A stretch of 64,000 bases of DNA from a bacterium (GTDB lineage: Bacteria; Patescibacteriota; Microgenomatia; Curtissbacterales; GWA2-41-24), in the NCBI GenBank assembly GCA_021813945.1, contig JAKAJD010000003.1, positions 45,193 through 109,192 on the forward strand, read 5' to 3'. Below the pieces are notes generated by a model. That model saw nothing but the letters and a program-made list of their open reading frames with translations. It did not search any database and was not told the DNA's origin. Shown one piece after another: positions 57,925-64,000 of this stretch; the first letter of the stretch is position 1; every line of letters starts with the position of its first letter. The position numbers and the translations under genes were made by a program.

Positions 57925-59157
57925 ATGTTATTTTTACCAAAACCCTATGTCAAGGTTTTGTCCCGCCGGGATTTTTTCATTCTGACGCTTGTAATTTTGA
58001 TTGGCCAGATTGCGTCTGCCTTTCTGGTCCTTTCTCTTATAGTTTCAGTTTTTGCGAAAACCGGAAGTAATCTTGGTGTTTCCGGAGTTATCTTGTCGTT
58101 TGCGGTGCCTGCCTTTCTTTTAATGGCGTTTTCCGGGCTATTGGCGGATATTTTCGATCGTAAAAAGACGATTGTTGTTGCCAATACGATTATCGCTTTT
58201 GTGGTTTTTATAATACTTTTAACCGAGAAAGTAGTTTATGCTTCGATTCCACTTTCGTTTTTGTACTTTGCCGGCAATTCTTTTTTCATTCCGGCTTCTT
58301 CTGCTGCTACCGCCCAACTTGTCAGGCGCAGTCAACTTTTGATTGCTAATACGATTTTTATATTTGTTTTGGCGGGGGGAGTAATATTCGGATTCTTTGC
58401 AGCTTCCCTCATACAGTACTTTTTTGACAATTCGGCAACTCTTATTGTTTGCGAGATACTGCTTATTTTGGCGGTTATCTTTTCGCTTCTTTTGCCGTCT
58501 TTGCCGCCAAGGCGTGCCAAGACAATTTCATTTTTTAAGGCTATGGATCATGTTAAGAGGGGATTTGTCTATATAATGAAAGCCAAAATCGTTTGGCTTT
58601 TCTTTTTGTCATTTGCGGCAATGCAAGGAGTTATAGTTTTTGCCGGAACGCTGGCCCCCGGTTTTTTTCGCGACATTGTGGGGCTTCCAATTAACACTTC
58701 ACCGGTTTTTATTTTGCCGCCAATTGGGGTAGGAGTTGCTACCGCAGTTCTTATTATCAACCGGATTAAAAACAGGGAAGGGATGTTGGTTTCTTTGGGA
58801 ATTTGGACACTTGGGGTTGCCCTTTTGACTTTAGGACTTATGATAAAGCTTCATCTGACAATAGATGGCCTTTTAATCTTGTTTTTGGTACCATTTTTAT
58901 TTCTTTTGGGGCTTGGGATGATGATTATTATGATTGCATCCCGAACGGTAATCCAAAAGAGTGTGCGACATGAGCATCAAGGGACAGTTTTTGGGGCAAA
59001 TATAATTTTGGCTTCGTTTTTGGCGGTTTTAATGTCACCGCTTGCGGTTTTGATGCAGGGAATTTTTGGTTATGTGAACCTGATTATCCTAGGTGGGGCG
59101 CTTTTTTTGGCTGCTTCTTTGGTTTTTGCCCATATTGGCAATAGATGGAAATTTTAA
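57925..59157 (+). CDS. MFS transporter
   Basis: 410 aa with 12 predicted TM helices. 'DIFDRKK'-like motif A between TM2 and TM3. Confidence 0.7.
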   Translation: MLFLPKPYVKVLSRRDFFILTLVILIGQIASAFLVLSLIVSVFAKTGSNLGVSGVILSFAVPAFLLMAFSGLLADIFDRKKTIVVANTIIAFVVFIILLTEKVVYASIPLSFLYFAGNSFFIPASSAATAQLVRRSQLLIANTIFIFVLAGGVIFGFFAASLIQYFFDNSATLIVCEILLILAVIFSLLLPSLPPRRAKTISFFKAMDHVKRGFVYIMKAKIVWLFFLSFAAMQGVIVFAGTLAPGFFRDIVGLPINTSPVFILPPIGVGVATAVLIINRIKNREGMLVSLGIWTLGVALLTLGLMIKLHLTIDGLLILFLVPFLFLLGLGMMIIMIASRTVIQKSVRHEHQGTVFGANIILASFLAVLMSPLAVLMQGIFGYVNLIILGGALFLAASLVFAHIGNRWKF

Positions 59158-60257
59158 GCCTAAATTTAGGGAATTATCGGAACTTTTCTTCCAAGAAATT
59201 GGTTTTCGATCCAAAACTAACTGTAATAGTTGGGCCAAATGGCGTTGGTAAAAGTAATGTTTTGGAAGCGGTAGGAATGCTTTCCGGGATTAGGCCCACT
59301 AAGGCCGAAAGTGATATGGATTTGGTGCGTTTTGGGCAAGAAACGGCCAAAGTAGAAGGGAAAGTTGTTTCGGGTGAAGAAGAGAGGAATTTGGTGGTCA
59401 ATTTTCAAATTACGGAAGCTGGCAGAGTGGGGAAATCCTTTTATATCGATTCTTTTAAGAAGCGACTTTTCGATTTTGTGGAAGTTTTTTCAATTGTAAT
59501 TTTTGAGCCGGCGGATTTGGATTTGGTTTCCGGATCTCCTTCACTTCGGCGAAAACATTTGGACAGATTTTTATCTTCTTTGGATAGCAGGTATTGGAGG
59601 AGCGTTTCGGCTTACGGCAAGATTGTGACTCGACGGAATAAGATACTTTTGCGGATCCAGGAGGGTAAATCTAAACCATTGGAGCTTGGGTTTTGGGATG
59701 AGAGGCTTCTTTCCCATGGGAAATATATTAGTAAAGTCAGGGAGGATTTTTTTCAATATTTGAATTTTGTGAGCTTGGGAGAAGGTCTTTCCCGCCAAGC
59801 GAAGGTCAGGCCTTTGCGAAAGAAAGATTCAGGTTTAAGGCCTGACCTTAAGCTGGGAAGCAAGGGTTACTTTTGGGAGCTGAAGCAAAGCTTGATCTCG
59901 GAGGAAAAGTTAGCGGCAAATAGGGATCGCGATATTGCGGCAGGAGTTACGCTTTCCGGCCCGCATAGGGATGATTTCCGCTTTAAATTTAAAGACCGGG
60001 ATTTGGAGTTTTTCGGGTCACGTGGTGAACAGAGAATGGCTGTTTTGGCCTTGAAATTGGCAGAGCTTGAATACGTTAAGGTTAAAAAGGGAGAAAGGCC
60101 GGTTTTGGCACTGGACGATATTTTTTCGGAGCTGGACTGGGAGCACAGGGAAACAGTTATATCTGTCATTTCTAATCAGCAAACGATAATTACAGCAGCA
60201 GAAAAGGAAAGTATTCCAAAGGAAATCTTCAAAAAAGCAAAGATTGTGGAGATTTAA
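59145..60257 (+). CDS. recF: DNA replication/repair protein RecF
   Basis: 370 aa. 'LTVIVGPNGVGKSNVLEA' Walker A, a signature-like 'LSGPHRDDFRFK' (RecF variant) and Walker B 'VLALDDIFSELD'. Confidence 0.85.
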   Translation: MEILSLNLGNYRNFSSKKLVFDPKLTVIVGPNGVGKSNVLEAVGMLSGIRPTKAESDMDLVRFGQETAKVEGKVVSGEEERNLVVNFQITEAGRVGKSFYIDSFKKRLFDFVEVFSIVIFEPADLDLVSGSPSLRRKHLDRFLSSLDSRYWRSVSAYGKIVTRRNKILLRIQEGKSKPLELGFWDERLLSHGKYISKVREDFFQYLNFVSLGEGLSRQAKVRPLRKKDSGLRPDLKLGSKGYFWELKQSLISEEKLAANRDRDIAAGVTLSGPHRDDFRFKFKDRDLEFFGSRGEQRMAVLALKLAELEYVKVKKGERPVLALDDIFSELDWEHRETVISVISNQQTIITAAEKESIPKEIFKKAKIVEI

Positions 60258-60347
60258 ATTTTGCGGTAATTATGCCCTTCACTTTGTTCAGGGTAAACTT
60301 CCCCAAAATCTTGATAAACTGCGTCATTTAACGCATAATAAACGCAC

Positions 60348-61421
60348 ATGTATTCTCCGAAATATTCTGTTTCCAACCTCATTCTCAAATACATCGGAAA
60401 GATAGAAGGTTCCAAGGAAATTATTGAAAATGCGCCTCTGGTGCCGGCATATGAGGCTAAATTTCGTCAAGAAGCGATAATTCGCACGGTCCATCACGGA
60501 ACTCATATTGAAGGAAACGCTTTGGATACGGGGGAAGTGGCAGCGGTTTTGGAAGGGTCGGAAATTTCGGCGAGGGATCGGGATATACAGGAAGTATTGA
60601 ATTATAGGGAGGTACTTAAATTTATCGATAAGAGAAAGGAACCAGGTTCCAGAGACCAGAGACTAGATTATTCGGAGAAGGATTTGCTGACGATTCATAA
60701 GCTGACTGTAGATAAGGTTTTGCCCGCTGATCGATCGGGGCAGTTCAGATCCACACAAGTCGTTGTCAAAAACAGCAAAACAGGCGAAATTAGCTTTAAA
60801 CCGCCCGAAGCGGATAAGGTCAAAGCACTAGTTTCTGACTTTTTGGATTGGCTAAATTCTAAAGATGCTGAAGATGTGCACCCGGTTTTAAAGGCGGGTA
60901 TTACGCATTATGTTTTGGCGTATATCCATCCTTTTGTAGACGGAAACGGCAGGACCTCTCGTGCTTTTGCAACTTTGGTTCTTTTTCGCGAAGGTTACGA
61001 CGTTAAGAAATTCTTTTCGATTGAAGAATATTTTGACAGAAACGCCAAAAGATACTATGAAACTTTGCAGGAAGTTTCTAATCAAAAAGTCGAAAGTCTT
61101 TCCGATCGCAATTTAACGGGCTGGCTCGAGTATTTTTGCGAAGGTTTGGCAGAGGAATTGGAAAGGGTAAAGCAAAGAGTTCAAAAATTGTCTCTCGATA
61201 CGAAGCTAAAGGGAAGAACTGGGCAGATAGTGCTTTCGGAAAGACAGGTTAAACTGGTTGAGTATATTGAGGCGAATGGGTCGGTTAATAACAAGCAATG
61301 GCGGTCAATCCTTCGCGATTTTTCCGACGACACAATTTTGCGCGATCTCAAAGATTTGCAAAAGAAAAAACTGGTAAAAAAGAAAGGCAGCACAAAAGGT
61401 GCTGTATATGTTTTGAGATGA
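60348..61421 (+). CDS. Fic family protein (AMPylase-type) with C-terminal winged helix
   Basis: 357 aa. Canonical Fic motif 'HPFVDGNGRTSRAF'. The C-terminal approximately 70 aa are wHTH-like. Confidence 0.85.
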   Translation: MYSPKYSVSNLILKYIGKIEGSKEIIENAPLVPAYEAKFRQEAIIRTVHHGTHIEGNALDTGEVAAVLEGSEISARDRDIQEVLNYREVLKFIDKRKEPGSRDQRLDYSEKDLLTIHKLTVDKVLPADRSGQFRSTQVVVKNSKTGEISFKPPEADKVKALVSDFLDWLNSKDAEDVHPVLKAGITHYVLAYIHPFVDGNGRTSRAFATLVLFREGYDVKKFFSIEEYFDRNAKRYYETLQEVSNQKVESLSDRNLTGWLEYFCEGLAEELERVKQRVQKLSLDTKLKGRTGQIVLSERQVKLVEYIEANGSVNNKQWRSILRDFSDDTILRDLKDLQKKKLVKKKGSTKGAVYVLR

Positions 61422-63229
61422 AATTTGCAAAATTAGCGGATTATTACGAAAAACTGGAAGCGACGAGTAAGCGGTTGGAGCTTGTGGATATTTTGTCCAA
61501 GCTTTTTGCGGAAGCGGAAAATGCGGAAATCGGCAAGATTTGTTATTTGATTCAGGGAAGGGTGGCGCCGTTTTATATGCCTGTTGAGCTTGGAATGGCA
61601 GAATCCATGGTTGCGCAGGCAATTGCCAAGGCGTATGACAAAACGAAAGATGAGGTTATTAAATCGTACCGACATTTAGGGAATATTGGTTTGGCTGCTC
61701 AAGAGTTGGCAAAAAGCCATAAAGCTTCGGCGAATTTATCTGTTAGTGACGTGTTTGGCGGGCTTAGAAAAATTGCGGATTTGGGTGGGGAAGGATCGGT
61801 AGAAAAAAAGATATCGACGCTTGCCCAAATATTAAAAGATTTGGATTCTGTTTCCGTTAAGCATGTTGTGAATATTCCGATTGGAACATTAAGGCTGGGG
61901 ATTGGCGATCCAACAGTTATGGATGCATTGTCGCTTGCCAAAACAGGTGACAAAAAACTGCGGCCAGTAATTGAGGATGCGTATAACAAAACTTCGGACC
62001 TTGGATATGTTGCCGAGGAGTTTTTCAAACATGGAGAAAAAGGGCTTGAGACTGTCAAATTAATTGTCGGAAAACCGGTTAGGCCGGCGCTTGCGGAGAG
62101 GATGCCGAATGCAGATGAGGTTGTAAAGAGAATGGGGGACAAATTTGCTGCTGAGCCGAAATTTGACGGATTTCGGGTGCAAATACATTTGGATCGCAGT
62201 GTAAAGGCCATGCCTTTGGGCACGGCTGTATCTGAGTTAAGGCCTGGCCTTAAGCTTGGCGCAGATAGTCAACAGGTTAAGATTTTCTCCCGGAACCTCG
62301 AAGACATGACCCATTCATTCCCGGATTTGGCAGAAGGAGTCCTTAAAGAAGTCAAAGCAAAATCGGTGATTATGGAAGGTGAAGCAATTGCCTACAATCC
62401 CCAAACTGAAGAGTTTTTGCCTTTTCAGGAAACAACAAAACGCAGGCGCAAGTACAAAATCGAAGAAACTGCAAAAGCGCTGCCTCTAGCGTGTTTTGCG
62501 TTTGATATTTTGTATCTGGACGGGAAGGATATAACCAGTAAAACTGAGGTTGAACGAAGAAAATTACTCGAGCGGGTTGTATCCAAAAACAATCAGGTGA
62601 TTCGAATTGCCGAGCATAGAGTAATTTCCACCGCAAAACAAATCCACGAGTTTTTTAACGAGGCAATTTCAGACGGACTTGAGGGGCTTATGATCAAAAA
62701 ACTGGACTCTCCATATAAAGCAGGTGGGCGGGGGTTCCATTGGATTAAGTTTAAGCGTGCTTCCAGCGGTGATTTAACAGATACAGTGGATTGTGTGCTT
62801 TTGGGAATTTATACGGGAAGAGGAAAAAGGACGGAATTTGGAGTTGGTGGGCTTTTGGTTGGGATCTACAACGACAAAACAGACGAGTTTGAGACGATTT
62901 CCAGGATCGGAACAGGTTTGACGGATGAAGAATTTAGAAAAGTTAATGAAATCGGCAAGCAATTGAGGGTGGAGCATAAACCGGCGCGGGTGAAATCGAA
63001 AATTGAACCAAGCTATTGGGTGGAACCGGAGGAAGTTTTGGAAATTTATGCCGACGAAATTACCAAATCGCCGATCCATACGGCGGGTTGGGATGAAAAA
63101 ACAGGAACAGGATATGCGCTGCGATTTCCGCGGCTTGTTAAATTCCGTGAGAAAGATAAAAGAGCAGAGGATGCAACGACGGTTGAGGAATTAAAAAGAT
63201 TATTTGCGAATCAATACGGAAAAAAGTAG
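61418..63229 (+). CDS. ATP-dependent DNA ligase (Lig1/LigB-like with N-terminal DNA-binding domain)
   Basis: 603 aa from MKFAKLADYYE. Motif I 'EPKFDGFRVQIH' (KxDGxR), motif III/IV region 'EGLMIKK', and an OB-fold C-terminus. The start overlaps the Fic stop (ATGA). Confidence 0.85.
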   Translation: MKFAKLADYYEKLEATSKRLELVDILSKLFAEAENAEIGKICYLIQGRVAPFYMPVELGMAESMVAQAIAKAYDKTKDEVIKSYRHLGNIGLAAQELAKSHKASANLSVSDVFGGLRKIADLGGEGSVEKKISTLAQILKDLDSVSVKHVVNIPIGTLRLGIGDPTVMDALSLAKTGDKKLRPVIEDAYNKTSDLGYVAEEFFKHGEKGLETVKLIVGKPVRPALAERMPNADEVVKRMGDKFAAEPKFDGFRVQIHLDRSVKAMPLGTAVSELRPGLKLGADSQQVKIFSRNLEDMTHSFPDLAEGVLKEVKAKSVIMEGEAIAYNPQTEEFLPFQETTKRRRKYKIEETAKALPLACFAFDILYLDGKDITSKTEVERRKLLERVVSKNNQVIRIAEHRVISTAKQIHEFFNEAISDGLEGLMIKKLDSPYKAGGRGFHWIKFKRASSGDLTDTVDCVLLGIYTGRGKRTEFGVGGLLVGIYNDKTDEFETISRIGTGLTDEEFRKVNEIGKQLRVEHKPARVKSKIEPSYWVEPEEVLEIYADEITKSPIHTAGWDEKTGTGYALRFPRLVKFREKDKRAEDATTVEELKRLFANQYGKK

Positions 63230-64000
63230 TGGATTGCGCCAAATTAGCCAAACAAATTCGGGTTAAAGAGAAGGATCTTAAGGCGGTTTTAGACTATATA
63301 GAAGATTATTGGCCGAAGCTTGTAAGAGAACACAAGGATGATTTGCGAAGTTTAATCGGTCTTCCAAATCCATATATTGTGCCGGGCGGTGATGATACTT
63401 TTCAGGAGCAGTATTATTGGGACAGTTTTCCGATTATCCGCGCCTTAATAAATCACCCTAAGTATTCAAAATTAGCAATTGGGATGGTGGAGAATCTTCT
63501 TTATCTGGTAAAGCGCTTTGGAATTGTGCCAAACGCTTCACGATATTATTTTCTTTCGCGGTCGCAACCACCGACGCTTTCCAGTATGGTTTTTATAGTT
63601 TTCAACAAGACAAAGGATAAAAAATGGTTTGCCGATGCTATCAAATTGGTTGAAGAAGAATATAACGACGTCTGGATGGGCAAAATCCATTTGAGAAATT
63701 TCAGAAATGTGTACAAGGGATTGTCTCGCTACTATGACATTAATGCTATGCATGTTCTGGCGGAGGCGGAAAGCGGATGGGATATGTCGGCGAGGTTTAT
63801 GGACAAGTGCATGGATATTTTGCCTGTCGATTTGAACTGCCTTTTGTATAAATACGAAGAGGATTTAGCTAAAGCTTGGGAAATTTTGGGTTCTTTGGAA
63901 AAGAGTGAGAAATACAAAAAGTTAAAGAGTGAGAGAGTAAAAGTTATAAACAAGTTGATGTGGAATAAACGTGGGGGATACTTTTTTGACTACGATTGGG
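63229..64000 (+). CDS. Trehalase-like glycoside hydrolase (GH37-like), 5' partial, runs off the window end
   Basis: GTG start overlapping the ligase stop. 'YIVPGGDDTFQEQYYWDSF' approximates GH37 signature 1 (PGGRFxExYxWDxY); 'RSQPP' and 'ESGWDMSARF' match conserved trehalase blocks. Absent from the ORF track because no stop codon falls within the window. Confidence 0.55.
   Translation, partial: MDCAKLAKQIRVKEKDLKAVLDYIEDYWPKLVREHKDDLRSLIGLPNPYIVPGGDDTFQEQYYWDSFPIIRALINHPKYSKLAIGMVENLLYLVKRFGIVPNASRYYFLSRSQPPTLSSMVFIVFNKTKDKKWFADAIKLVEEEYNDVWMGKIHLRNFRNVYKGLSRYYDINAMHVLAEAESGWDMSARFMDKCMDILPVDLNCLLYKYEEDLAKAWEILGSLEKSEKYKKLKSERVKVINKLMWNKRGGYFFDYDW

Overview
This 64 kb window is low-GC (about 40%, estimated by eye), gene-dense bacterial DNA. 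It is mostly housekeeping genes, with several compositionally odd insertions and unusual intergenic RNA-level structure. The most interesting items are a repeated terminator/antiterminator leader family in front of three tRNA/amino-acid-related operons (45.1-47.8 kb), a 118-aa protein with a beta-carbonic-anhydrase zinc-site signature at the head of the atp operon, and an atypical small-gene cassette embedded in the Rrf2-SUF operon. Several traits (176-aa SufD, 127-aa AtpH, a TraD/VirD4-like ATPase module, tRNA-Ile with anticodon UAU) point to a reduced-genome lineage, possibly Patescibacteria/CPR-like; this is inference only.

Left to right the window holds:
- 0.4-8.2 kb: a surface-glycan cluster (GT-C, GT4, GT2, flippase-like UPF0104 membrane protein, DUF458).
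- 9.2-10.9 kb: a secreted/anchored surface protein and trxB.
- 10.9-18.5 kb: an Rrf2-headed SUF Fe-S operon (sufC, sufB, short sufD, two Rieske-like genes, sufS, sufU) interrupted by the atypical small-gene cassette (includes an EVE/PUA-like protein) and by an unknown 221-aa gene between sufB and sufD.
- 18.6-22.4 kb: ferredoxin, VIT1/CCC1 transporter, FAD-dependent oxidoreductase, rpiB.
- 23.4-28.9 kb: a two-component system split by opposite-strand stress genes, fba, a cupredoxin-like lipoprotein, an aquaporin.
- 29.2-32.4 kb: a TraD/VirD4-like coupling-ATPase module with a pilin-like small protein.
- 32.5 kb: a tRNA-Ile with anticodon UAU.
- 32.5-40.4 kb: nadK, cmk-like, and a complete F1Fo atp operon headed by the beta-carbonic-anhydrase-like protein.
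- 40.5-44.3 kb: a 505-aa unknown, a Pro/Thr/Ala-rich protein and a Xer-type recombinase next to initiator and elongator tRNA-Met genes.
- 45.1-49.1 kb: a strong promoter and three related leader elements preceding ybaK, an Asp/Glu racemase and a small ORF plus trpS.
- 49.1-64.0 kb: ftsH, a 5'-3' exonuclease, tandem HAD hydrolases, GT4, an ABC-2 exporter, mutM, an MFS transporter, recF, a Fic gene overlapping an ATP-dependent DNA ligase, and a partial trehalase at the window edge.

No rRNA, CRISPR array or phage structural genes were seen. All calls come from reading the sequence and the ORF track by eye; no database search was run.
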